DNA of 64,000 nt, taken from NCBI GenBank assembly GCA_964016885.1, contig CAXHJY010000109.1, positions 237,713-301,712 of the forward strand, in the 5' to 3' direction. The stretch comes from Eledone cirrhosa. Its lineage: Eukaryota. The notes beneath the pieces were generated by a model. That model ran no database searches. It saw only the letters and a list, made by a program, of their open reading frames with translations, and had not been told where the DNA came from. The first letter of the stretch is position 1. Each line of letters starts with the position of its first letter. A program made the translations under genes and the position numbers. Shown here piece after piece: positions 28,981-44,189 of the stretch.

Positions 28981-29974
28981 GCCTTCATACAGGCTCTCAC
29001 ATGGGAGAAGGCTACCCCACATCACGGGGTAGCCATGTTGAGTTGTAGATCTGTTAAAAGACAAGAGAATGCTCTCCCACACCATCAGGGCTCACAGCAC
29101 TGGGGTAGTGACAAGTAAAAAACCTCATTCGGCTGACATAGTCACTAACACAGTTTGCCAGTCCATCAAATTTAGTTTTCTCCAGTTCTTTAACCCTTTA
29201 GCATTTAAACCGGCCATATCTAGCCAGAATTCTCTCACTTCTTTCTGTTCAAACCGGCTGTAACCTGTTGCTCAACTGACATTAAGGTATTGTTCTCAAA
29301 ATAAATAAAATCAAAATCTCGTAGATTCAATATTATGTGAGATAAAGCCTTTACCATGAAAATACAATAGTATATATAGAGTAATGTAAATACTAAAGCA
29401 GAAACTAGCCTTGGTTCTACAATACAAAACTGCTTCCTTTAAAGTGTTAATATTTATCTAGAATCTTTCCATTCTAATTTTATGTAACAACCTTTGTTAA
29501 GTTATGTTCCAAACACCAGATTAGTAATGAGAAAGTTAGTTATATTACTTAACACTCCAAATTCTTGAATATTTGAAAACTATAGGCCAGTGTGTTTCAT
29601 TAGAAATAAGATAATGAAAGGGTTAAAGTGTTAATATTTATCTTAAATTTTTTGTAAGATAATAATTTTATGTAAGAACCTTTAAGTTATGTTCCAAACA
29701 CCAACTGAATAATGAGAGAGTTATATTACTAAGTCCTTCAAAATGTTTATTTTCAAAATTATTTGTTTCTCACAGACTGTCCTTCATTAGAAACAGGAAA
29801 ATGAATGGGTTAAATCGTATGTATTTATCTAAGAACTCTTAAGTTATGTTCCAAACACCTGATTAATAATCAGATATTTGGTAATATATCTTTCTCGTTA
29901 TTTTCAAATACATGTCTAAAACCCATAGACATTGCCTTTCATTAGGAATATGGTAATGAAAGGGTTTAATTACT

Positions 29975-30430
29975 ATACAGGTGGTAGATATCACACACTT
30001 AATTAGACAGGTGGTAGATATCACACGCTTAATTAGACAGGTGGTAGGTTTCACAGACTCAACTAGACAGGTAGAGGTATCTTAAGCTTGATTAAATAGG
30101 TGGGAGGTATCACAGACTCAACTAGACAGGTAGAGGTATCTTAAGCTTGATTAAATAGGTGGGAGGTATCACAGACTCAATTAGACAGGTGGGAGGTATT
30201 AATCAGCCACAGTAGGTATCATAGGCTTAATTAGACAGGTGGCAGGTATGGCAAGATTGATTAGACATGATAGGTATTAATTCTATATTTGGTAGATATC
30301 ACATGATTGATTTTTATAGGTGGTAGTTATTGATTAGACAGGTGGTAGGTATTGATTAGACTGGTGATAGGTATTGATTAGACTGGTGATTGGTGTTAAT
30401 TAGACAGGTGGTAGGTATTGATTAGACAGG
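29975..30430. repeat. Degenerate TTAGACAGGTGGTAG minisatellite
   Basis: Direct inspection. Confidence 0.75.
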
Positions 30431-30571
30431 TGCCATTAGCAGCAGTGGCTTGGACAACAACATTTTGTTGATGTTGTTGTTGTTGTTGTCGTCGTTGTTG
30501 GCGACAGTGGCTTGCAGTTGCTGAGAGGAACTCCTCACGCGGATGTGGTCATCCTTCAGCCATGGGTCATT
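30422..30571 (-). other. Candidate minus-strand terminal exon (unverified)
   Basis: CTAAC branch point (30602-30606), pyrimidine tract and TTCAG acceptor. Only phase 0 is open: NDPWLKDDHIRVRSSSQQLQATVANNDDNNNNNINKMLLSKPLLLMAPV*. Confidence 0.3.
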
Positions 30572-31537
30572 CTGAAGGAGGAAAATACAAGAGACAGAGA
30601 AGTTAGTTTTTGCCAACTTCAGGTAAAGTATTTGGAATCAGTTTTGTTAAGGTTTCCAAACTTAGCTGATTTTATTTATTTTTGTTTTATTTCCTCCATC
30701 CTTCTCCTAAAATATTCCTTTTCCATGGAACACCTTTCCAGCTTAGTGTCAGGCTTTCTGTTGAGATCCCTTACCTTAAACAGATGAGGAATATGTCCAC
30801 TGCCCACCCCTGGATAGGATCACTGTCACTTTCATTACAAATATCTTCATGCATCATTTTCATTTAGCGTCAATTATTCCATGTTTACATGGGTTAAATG
30901 AGTCATCCGTGCTGGGAAGTAAGGTGTGACATATGGCCAGGTATTTTAAAGCTGGCTGCCCTTCCCAGCTCCAACCACATTTACAGTGTGGAAGTGGCTG
31001 GCTCCATTATGAGAAGGGACTGGCCAGTTGGCAGCATCGAACCCGTCTCAGAAAGAATGGAATCACAGTTTTCAAGCCTGGCCCACCTCACAGCAGAGCC
31101 ATAGTTTAGGAGCCCGGTAATGAGAGGCCCTGGTAAAAGGCGCCTGACCCATCTCAAGGCATAGCCACCGTTAGAAATTCTACAAGACTAAAACTGTTTT
31201 GTTTAAATGAAATTATCAGGAATGATTTCATACGAATGAAACAGTTCTAGTCTTGTAGAAGTCATTTCTATATATTATTAAGATGTCTATACTCTACCAA
31301 AGTATTGAGTACCTTTTTTTAGCTGTGGTTACACCCTGACACAACTCGGGAACCTACATATATAAATGTAGTTGCCATTAGGAAGGGCATCCAACTGTAG
31401 AAACCAAGCCAAAATCAATTCTGTGTGAGCCAAACACTGTCCTTTGAGCTGGATCTCTCACAACAGTACAACACCTACACATGATTGTGTTGAAAATGGA
31501 CGTGAAACAGTGATGATGATGATATATATCTGTATAA

Positions 31538-31750
31538 AAACATCATGTTTAATATAGAAATGGCTCCTACAGGACTAGAACTATTTTATTCAAAAGAAAT
31601 CAGGAATTTCCTGATGATTTCTTTTGAAAAAAAACAGTTCTAGTCCTGTAGAAGCCATTTCTATATTAAACATGGTGTTTACACACTACTAATGTATTGA
31701 GTACCTTACTAACTGTGGTTACCCCTGATTGAACTTGGGGCTTACATTTA
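31538..31750 (+). mobile_element. Fold-back element with decayed hammerhead motif (GAAACAGTTCTAGTCCTGTA family)
   Basis: Palindrome 31538-31680; CTGATGA 31611-31617; stem III ACAG/CTGT then A 31650; tail with GTATTGAGTACC. The GAAA has decayed to an A run. Related copies at 31172-31360, 14770-14860 and 10201-10235. Confidence 0.55.
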
Positions 31751-31839
31751 GGGGACGTGTAGCCATGACACACTTTAGGGCCTGCATGAGGGGTGGGAGG
31801 GAGGATTGGTGGTTTCTTTAAAGCAGAAGCCTAGCCTCA

Positions 31840-32352
31840 AAACTGGACAACAGCGTGGAGTGTACAAAAGACACTTCAAGACCAGGTGGTGGTGGTGTTA
31901 AACTGGACAACAGTGGACTCTGCTAAAGATACTGAAGGACCAGGTGGTGGTGGTGTTAAACTGGACAACAGTGGACTCTGCTAAAGATACTGAAGGACCA
32001 GGTGGTGGTGGTGGTGGTGTTAAACTGGACAACAGTGGACTCTGCTAAAGATACTGAAGGACCAGGTGGTGGTGTTAAACTGGACAACAGTGGACTCTGC
32101 TAAAGATACTGAAGGACCAGGTGGTGGTGGTGTTAAACTGGACAACAGTGGACTCTGCTAAAGATACTGAAGGACCAGGTGGTGGTGTTAAACTGGACAA
32201 CAGTGGACTCTGCTAAAGATACTGAAAGACCAGGTGGTGGTGTTAAACTGGACAACAGTGGACTCTGCTAAATATACTGAAGGACCAGGTGGTGGTGGTG
32301 GTGGTGGTAAACTGGACAACAGTAGACTCTGCTAAAGATACTGAAGGACCAG
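31840..32352. repeat. ~54-63-bp minisatellite with variable (GGT)n
   Basis: AAACTGGACAACAGTGGACTCTGCTAAAGATACTGAAGGACCA, about 9 copies. Confidence 0.9.
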
Positions 32353-32489
32353 TAGTAGCTGATTTTGGCATGGTTTGTTTGAACCTAGAATGTGTAGAAA
32401 TCAAAAATATACAATAAGTCTGGGTGGTCACAGTTGGAATGTCTTAAATCTTGAGTAACTTTAACTAATGCATGAATAACATATTGTCT

Positions 32490-34950
<2,461 letters not shown>

Positions 34951-35874
34951 GAATCTCTCTTCACTCCTCCTCTCACGCTTCATCACTTCCCCTCTCACTC
35001 TTCATCACTTCCTCTCTCACTACCCCTCTCTCACTCTTTCTTCATCACATCACTCCCCCCTCTCTCTCTACATCACTACCCCCTCTCTCTCTACATCACT
35101 ACCCCCCCTCTCTCTCTCATGTTACTATTTCTATTTAACTATTTATATTTGCCTGTCTTTTATATAGTAATGTTGTTGTATGATAGCTGTTTTCTTATCT
35201 TTTTTAACCAGATTAACTTAGTATATTATTACTAGGTTAATATAACCAGATGAATTTAATATCAAATAACCTTATGTTAATATAGCCAGAATGACTTAAT
35301 ATATTATTTCTAGGTTAATATAACCAAATTAATATATTATTACTAGGTTAATATAACCAAATTAATATATTATTATTATATAAACAAATTAACTTGATAT
35401 ATTATTATTAGGTTAATATAACCAAATTAACTTAATATATTATTATTACTAGGTTAATATAACCAAATTAACTTGATATATTATTATTATTAGGTTAATA
35501 TAACCAAATTAACTTAATATATTATTGCCAATTAACATATATTTTTAAGGAGATTGGCAGTGTCAGTAGAGCATCAGGCACCATGCATTGTAGCATAGAG
35601 GTTTTGCCCTTTACGTTCTGAGTTCAAATCTCGCCAAGGTTAACTTTGCCTTTCATCCTTATGGGGTTAATAAAGCACCAGTAATACACTGGGATAATTG
35701 CTAAGAAACAATTATTAGGTTAATATGACCAGATTAACCATACTTAATATAACATTAGTACTTTAATTCAACTTATTAAGTTATACACATTGATTTAATA
35801 TAACTTAAGTTAATATAATCTGTTGGTTGTTACTGTAACATCTTTAATTCTATCCTACTTTGTTATATGTTTAA

Positions 35875-36369
35875 CCCTTTAGTATTTACATTACTCTATA
35901 TATACTATTGTATTTACATGGTAAAGTCTCTACCTCACATAATATCTCACATAACATTTACATTACTCTATATATACTATTATATTTTCATGGTAAAGGC
36001 TTTACTTCACATAATATCTCACATAACATTTACATTACTCTATATATACTATTATATTTTCATGGTAAAGGCTTTACTTCACATAATATCTCATAACATT
36101 TACATTACTCTATATATACTATTGTATTTTCACAGTAAAGGCTTTACCTTACATAATATCTCACATAACATTTACATTACTCTATATATACTATTGTATT
36201 TTCATGGTAAAGGCTTTATCTCACATAACAACGAATCTACAAGATTTTGATATTATTTATTTTGAGAACAATGCCTTAACATAAGTATGAGTAGCTGATT
36301 ATGACTGGTTTGAAAGAAAGAGAGGTGAGTGAATTCTGGCCGGATACAGCTGGTTTAAATGTTAAAGAG
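35875..36369. mobile_element. piggyBac-like MITE with internal 72-bp tandem expansion
   Basis: TTAACCCTTTAG start; about 5 copies of a 72-bp unit that occurs once in 61134-61341. Confidence 0.7.
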
Positions 36370-36374
36370 TTATA

Positions 36375-37015
36375 CCCAGCTTCTTCCTCAGTTCATCTAA
36401 GTTCTACCTTTCTCTCACATTTACATTGCATATCCAACAAAGCATGGTTGCTTCATTTCTCTCCAGTCTAGGAATGTCTTCTGCAGTCACAGCCCATGTT
36501 TCACTACCATGTAGCACCACATGTCCTCTGCAGTCACAGCCCATGTTTCACTACCATGTAGCACCACGTATCCTCTGCAGTCACATCCCATGTTTCACTA
36601 CCATGTAGCACCACGTGTCCTCTGCAGTCACAGCCTATGTTTCACTACCATGTAGCACCACGTATCCTCTGCAGTCACATCCCATGTTTCACTACCATGT
36701 AGCACCACGTGTCCTCTGCAGTCACAGCCCATGTTTCATTATCATGTAGCACCATGTGTCCTCTGCAGTCACAGCCCATGTTTCATTATCATGTAGCACC
36801 ATGTGTCCTCTGCAGTCACAGCCCATGTTTCACTACCATGTAGCACCACGTGTCCTCTGCAGTCACAGCCGATGTAGCACCATGTGTCCTCTGCAGTCAC
36901 AGCCCTTCTTTCACTACCATGTAGCATGGCACTTTACACACAGGCATCCTACAGTCATCCTTTTGTGTGTAGAGAGAAACCTTTTGTTGTCAGCAGTGGG
37001 AGTAACTCTCTAAAC
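36375..37015 (-). mobile_element. RTE LINE fragment containing an internal 47-bp minisatellite
   Basis: Minus strand reads FRELLPLLTTKGFSL...SAMLHGS, then repeats of the LHGSETWAVTAED segment, then IPRLERNEATMLCWICNV. About 9-10 tandem units at 36476-36925. Confidence 0.75.
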
Positions 37016-37121
37016 ATCTTGCATCTCATGCTGCACTGCACTTCTCATTCCTCCTAAACCCAGTTTCTCCAAGCTCTGCCATTTTCTCACATTTACATTA
37101 TATATATATATATATATATAT

Positions 37122-37450
37122 ATCATCATTTTACGTCCGCTTTTCCCTGCTTGCAAGAGTGGAACGGGAACTGATTCTGGCTTGATTTCTACAGCTGGAT
37201 GCCCTTCCTAACACCAACCTCATCTACAGTGAGTGGTGGGTGCTTTTTTGCCGTGGCACCTCCACGACCACTTTGCAGTGGAATGATAGGGACCCCAGTC
37301 CCTATCATCTCATTTCTACAGCTGAGTAAACTGGAGCCAATGTGAAATAAAGTGTCTTGCTCAAGGAAACAACACATCACCCAGTCTGAGAATTGAACTC
37401 ACAACCTTTCGATTGCAAGGCCAATGCTCTAACCACTAAGCCATGTGCCT

Positions 37451-37452
<2 letters not shown>
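37122..37452 (-). mobile_element. SINE family A, full length
   Basis: Near-identical to 25015-25364. Confidence 0.85.
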
Positions 37453-37503
<51 letters not shown>

Positions 37504-37576
37504 CACACACACACACATATTTGTATATATATATATATATATACACATACATACACACACACACACATATTTGTAT

Positions 37577-37665
37577 AGAATGGCTTATGCCCGAAACGTC
37601 GTTCCCCACCACCACCCCACTCTCAAGAGCGTGAAACTAATAAACTTTTGTTCGTACTGCCTCTC
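37577..37665 (+). mobile_element. 5'-truncated hammerhead/Penelope-like terminal fragment
   Basis: GGC TTAT GCC C GAAACGTC gives stem II, GAAA, palindromic ACGT and GUC. The tail matches 3845-3932. Confidence 0.45.
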
Positions 37666-37688
37666 TCTTTTGTTCCTGTTCAATTTTT

Positions 37689-37767
<79 letters not shown>

Positions 37768-37825
37768 CATACACACACACATATTTGTATATATATATAT
37801 ATATATACACACACACATATATTTG

Positions 37826-37857
<32 letters not shown>

Positions 37858-38017
37858 TGTGTATATACATATATACATACACACATATATATACATACAC
37901 ACACACATATATTTGTATATATATATGTACACACACACACACATGTGTGTATATATATATATATACACACACACACACGTGTATATACATATATACATAC
38001 ATGCACACACATATATT

Positions 38018-38071
<54 letters not shown>

Positions 38072-38367
38072 TACATATATATACACACACATATGTATAT
38101 ATATATATATATATATACACACACATGTGTCAGGCATTTATGAAAGCATGTTAGGGCGATGTTCTTATGTTACCAACTTCTATCTTATATGGTGACATGT
38201 TAAGATGGCGGTTACTTTAGAATGGAAGTCACATGTAATAGATAGCTTTACATACCACTACCACTACATATCAAGTCAATATATATACACTCACGTGTGT
38301 GTGTATATCATGTATATACTCAAACAATCACATTTATATAGACACACACACAAATATATATATTAGT

Positions 38368-38655
38368 GGAGGCAAGTGGCCTAGTGGTAAGAGTGTTGGA
38401 CTTACGATCATAAAGTCACGAGTTCGATTCCTTGGTTGCACATTGTGTTCTTGAGCAAAACACTTCATTTCACGTTGCTCCAGTATACTAAGCTGAAAAT
38501 GAGTACCAGTAATAGCAGGAGAGGGGGGGGGGGGGGGGGGGTTAAACCTATGATGGACTGGCATCCTGTCCAGGGGGAAGTCTTATACTCTCAGTCGTCT
38601 CATTCCATTAAACCGGGATAAACACTGGCCAAATTAGCCTTCTGGTTTAAGACAT
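38368..38655 (+). mobile_element. tRNA-derived SINE variant with a different 3' half
   Basis: A box TGGCCTAGTGG, B box AGTTCGATTC, CTTGAGCAAAACACTT, then GATGGACTGGCATCCTGTCCAGGG. Relatives at about 22200-22510 and 23262-23460. Confidence 0.7.
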
Positions 38656-38676
38656 ACTTTAGAATTTAGATATATA

Positions 38677-38757
38677 TAACTAGCAGAATGGCCTGGCGTT
38701 GCTCGGGATTTGCTCTAGGGTTCTTATATATTTGATATATATTTATCCTTATTGAGG

Positions 38758-38832
<75 letters not shown>

Positions 38833-38914
38833 CATACACACAGACATATATTATACACACACACACACACATATATATATACACACACACACACATATAT
38901 ATATATACACACAC

Positions 38915-38946
<32 letters not shown>

Positions 38947-39520
38947 GTGTGTGTATATTCTCTCGTGAAATAAATACGTTTGTTTATATTTTGTTATTGT
39001 GTATGCAAAAATATCTGTACATGAATATATAATTATATATATATATATATATATATTAAAATAACAGATTAAAGTGTAAGCAAAGAATCGGTGCTTTCAT
39101 CTTTAACGAGATCTTCTGAAACTAAAAAAAATCAATCTGTGAACGCAGAAAGAAATATTTCGAAAAACGTTACATATATATATATACACACACACACTAT
39201 ATACATATATACACACATATACAGGTAGCGTCATAATGTTATAATGCAGACAGCCAGACATACAGACAGATATTATAAGGGTGCGACATTGTAGCTACCT
39301 ATCTATCTAAAAAGAAAGACTAAGAATTATAGAGAGAGAGATCGCTAAATCGCCTAATGTGGTCCCTAGGGCATTGAAAATTTTAAATTTATTTTGCCCA
39401 AAACACTCACAGGACCATAAGTGTTACATGTGTAAAGTTTGAAAACAATCAGTTGGGTGGTTCTCGAGTTTTAGGAAGTCAGACAGACAGACATTCTCTG
39501 TGTTAGATATATATATATAT
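38677..39520 (+). mobile_element. Probable non-autonomous Helentron/Helitron-type element
   Basis: Starts TAACTAGCAGAATGGCCTGGCGTTGCTCGGG and ends AAAGTTTGAAAACAATCAG...AGACAGACAGAC...TATATA, a layout typical of such elements. Boundaries are uncertain. Confidence 0.4.
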
Positions 39521-40046
39521 ATAAATATATATTGGAAAATGTGTGAGATCCTTGGTATATATTAAAAAAGGAAAAGAATGATTTCACCTGTAGTTGGTAT
39601 TCTATAACAATTTAATTTTATAATTTTATAATTTTGTTATGTCTATATAGCAAAATTATAAAATTGAATTGTTATAGAATACCAACTACAGGAATAGAGA
39701 ATTGAGGCCTGACAGCTGAGCTCTTGCCATTTCAACAAGGCAAGAGCTCAGCTGCCAGGCACTGACACTCTACTATCCTAAGTATTGAGTACTCTGTTGA
39801 ATAATGGTCTTACTAGTTTTAAACAGGTAAAATCTTTAACTATCTATATCTATTTTTCTACTTCTCTCTCTCAGGGAAAAGCGGACGTAAAATAAAATAA
39901 AAATATATATATATATATGAGTGTGTGTATATATATATCTGTGTGTGTATATATATATATGTGTGTCTGTGTGTGTGTATATATATATATGTGTGTGTGT
40001 GTATATATATGTGTGTGTGTGTGTATAATATATGTCTGTGTGTATG

Positions 40047-40078
<32 letters not shown>

Positions 40079-40224
40079 AATATGTGTGTGTGTATATATA
40101 TATGTGTGTGTGTGTGTATATATATATGTGTGTGTGTGTATATATATATATATGTGTGTGCGTGTGTATGTATATATGTGTGTGTGTATATATATATATA
40201 TGTGTGTGTATATGTATATATGGA

Positions 40225-40578
40225 TTTGCAATGTCAAAGTGTGTGAACGACGAAGCATAGAGTAGTTGAGAGTGAAACTATGTTTAAGAGGGATAAGCTG
40301 TAGTGTGTGGGAGAGAAGACTGCGTTGGTATGGACATGTGATGCACATGGTAGGTGACCACTCGGTGAAGAAGTGCCAAGAAATCCCGGTGGAAGGAAGA
40401 CGCAGTAGAGGAAGACCACGAAAAAGATGGCTGGAGGAGGTGAGAGCTGACCTCAGATCGCTGAAGCTCACAGAGGAAATGACGAAGGACCGTGATAAAT
40501 GGAGATATGCTGTGCTGAAGATGACCCATCACGCCATTGCAAGCAGGGAAAAGTGGACATATGATGATGATGATAATG
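40225..40578 (+). mobile_element. RTE LINE 3' end with (GAT)n tail
   Basis: RRLRWYGHVMHM...EGRRSRGRPRKRWLEEVRADL...DRDKWR, followed by GCAAGCAGGGAAAAGTGGAC and GATGATGAT. Confidence 0.85.
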
Positions 40579-41097
40579 ATAATTGTTTCTATATTTGGCA
40601 CAAGGCCAGCAATTATCCCAGTGTATTACTGGTACTTTATTTTATCGGGATGGATTAGCTAGAGAGAGAGAGAGAGAGAGAGAGAGAGTGTGTGAGGTAA
40701 TAATTGTTTCTATATTTGGCACAAGGCCAGCAATTATCAGTGTATTACTGGTACTTTATTTTATCAGGATGGATTAGCTAGAGAGAGAGAGTGAGTGAGT
40801 GTGTGAGGTAATAATTGTTTCTACTTTTGGCATAAGGCCAGCAATTATCCCTGTGTATTACTGGTACTTTATTTTATCAGGATGGATTAGCTAGAGAGAG
40901 AGTGAGTGAGGTAATCATTGTTTCTATATTTGGCACAAGGCCAGCAATTATCCCAGTGTATTACTGGTACTTTATTTTATCGACCCCCGTAAGGATGAAA
41001 GGCAAAGTTAACCTCGACGGGATTTGAACTCAGAATGGCAAGAGCCGTAACTCCATGCGTCAAAGCATGGCGTCCGACCCTCTACCGATACTGCCAT
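40578..41097 (-). mobile_element. SINE family B with tandemly reiterated 3' end
   Basis: One full copy at 40915-41097 plus three repeats of its ~70-bp tail, each followed by GATGGATTAGCT(AG)n. Confidence 0.75.
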
Positions 41098-41112
41098 GAT
41101 GATGATAATGAT

Positions 41113-41730
41113 ATATATACACACAGCCATGTGTATATATACACACAGCCATGTGTATATGTACACACAGCCATGTGTATATATACACACAGCCATGTAT
41201 ATATATACACACAGCCATGTGTATATATACACACAGCCATGGGTATATATACACACATCCATGTGTATATATACACACAGCCATGTGTATATATACACAC
41301 AGCCATGTATATATATACACACAGCCATGTGTATATATACACACAGCCATGTATATATATACACACAGCCATGTGTATATATATACACACAGCCATGTGT
41401 ATATATATACACACAGCCATGTGTATATATACACAGCCATGTGTATATATACACACAGCCATGTGTATATATACACACAGCCATGTGTATATATACACAC
41501 AGCCATGTGTATATATACACACAGCCATGTGTATATATACACACAGCCATGTATATATATACACACAGCCATGGGTATATATACACACAGCCATGTGTAT
41601 ATATACACACAGCCATGTGTATATATACACACAGCCATGTATATATATACACACAGCCATGTGTATATATACACACAGCCATGTGTATATATACACACAG
41701 CCATGTGTATATATACACACAGCCATGTGT
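41113..41730. repeat. 22-bp minisatellite ATATATACACACAGCCATGTGT
   Basis: About 28 units by inspection. Confidence 0.9.
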
Positions 41731-41809
41731 AATATACTCTTTAGTACATCAATTATTTCATGGTTAATTAGATATTTATTAAGGTTAATTCAATTGACTC
41801 ATATAGAAA

Positions 41810-43820
41810 ATATCATCATCATCAACACCATTACCACTACCACCATCATCAACATCATCACCGCCATCACTATCATCACCATCACCACTACCATCGAGTT
41901 ACCATTACCCCTACCGCCGTCATCACCATCATTACCATCATCATCACCACCATCAACACCATTATTGCCATCATCATCATCATCACCATCAACACCATTA
42001 CCATCATACAACCATCATCATCATCATCATCATCAGTATCACCGCCACCACAACCACCACCATCATCATCATCATCATCATCAACACCATTACCATCATA
42101 CAACCATCATCATCAGTATCACCATCATCATCATCATCACCATCATTAACACCATTACCCCCATCACTATCACCACCACCACCACCTCCTCCTCCACCAC
42201 CACCATCACTATCACCACACCATTAACACCATTACCCCCCCCCCCCCCCATCACTATCATCACCTCCACCACCATCACTATCACCACACCATTAACACCA
42301 TTACTCCCCCCCCATCACTATCACCTCCACCACAACCACAACCACCACCATCACCACCACAACCACCACCACCATCACCACCACAACCACCACCACCACC
42401 ACCACCATCATTATTACCACCATTAACACCATTATCCCCCCCCCCTCCATCACTATCACCTCCACCACCACCACCACCACCACCACTACCATCACCACCA
42501 CAACCACCATCACCACCACCACCACCATCATTATTACCACCATTAACACCATTACCCCCCCCCTCCATCACTATCACCTCCACCACCACCACCACAAACA
42601 CCAACACCAACAAACACCACCACAAACACCAACACCATCACCAACACCATGCACATGATGTAGGCCCTCATTCAAAAGCCAAAACTTTGCAATCTAGAAG
42701 GTTCTGTGAAGAACTTTATCAAAATAACCTCCTTATCAAAGTATAGCAGACTTTAGTTGGCAGGAATGTGTTAGCAATGAGGTAGGTCATGTCAGACATT
42801 TTCTGATAACTTCTTCACTAAAATTACTGATAACGATGATGATGATGATTGCTGCTTCCTCTCCCCCTTCTTTAGATGTATACACATTGTGTATATTTAT
42901 ATATATATATATATATATGTGTATGTATATGTATGTATATATATATGTGTGTATGTATGTATATATATATGTGTGTATGTATGTATATATGTATATGTAT
43001 GTATGTATGTATATGTATGTATGTATATGTATGTGTGTATGTGTATATATGTATATATGTATATGTATATATATATGTGTGTATGTATGTATGTATGTAT
43101 ATATATATATATGTATGTATATATATGTATATATGTATATATATATATGTGTGTATGTATGTATGTATATATGTATGTATATGTATATATGTATATATAT
43201 ATGTGTGTGTATGTATGTATATATATATATGTATGTATATGTATGTATATATATATATGTATGTATATGTATGTATGTATATGTATGTATATATATATAT
43301 GTATGTATATGTATGTATATATATATATGTATGTATATGTATGTATATATATATATGTATGTATATGTATGTATATGTGTATATGTATATATATATGTAT
43401 ATGTATGTATGTATGTATATATGTATGTATGTATATATATGTATATATGTATATGTATGTATATATATATATATATGTATATATATGTATGTATATATAT
43501 GTATATATATATATATGTATGTATATATGTATGTATGTATGTATGTATATATATATATGTATGTATGTATATATATGTATATATATATATGTATGTATGT
43601 ATATATATGTATATATATATATGTATGTATGTATATATATGTATATATATATGTATATATATATATGTATGTATATATATATATGTATGTATATATATAT
43701 TATTATATATATATATATATGTATGTATATATATATATATATGTATGTATATATATATATATATGTATGTATATATATATATATACATGTATGTATATAT
43801 ATATATACATGTATGTATAT
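41810..43820. repeat. (CAC/CAT)n block followed by (GTAT/AT)n block
   Basis: Direct inspection. Confidence 0.85.
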
Positions 43821-44189
43821 GGTGTGTAATGTAGATGTTGCACACAAACACATTATATATATACAATTTCAGGAGATCCCACTTTAGGGTGAAAACAGAA
43901 ATAGTTTGCTTAAACTTTGAATCTGCACTAATAATAAATATTTGCTCTACGGGTTTATATATATATATATACACAGCCCTTATTGAGTCCTCTGTGGAAT
44001 TTGGTATTTGTATTTATTAGTATTACTATATAAATATGTATATGTGTATGTATGTGTGTGTGTGTGTTAATGACAACAAAAGGTGGTGTTTTGTACTGAT
44101 GCTGAAGCATATATATAATATGCCCCACCCCACCCCACCACTCCCATACATCTCCCATGAGGACAAGCTGAAATATACATCCAGTGAAG

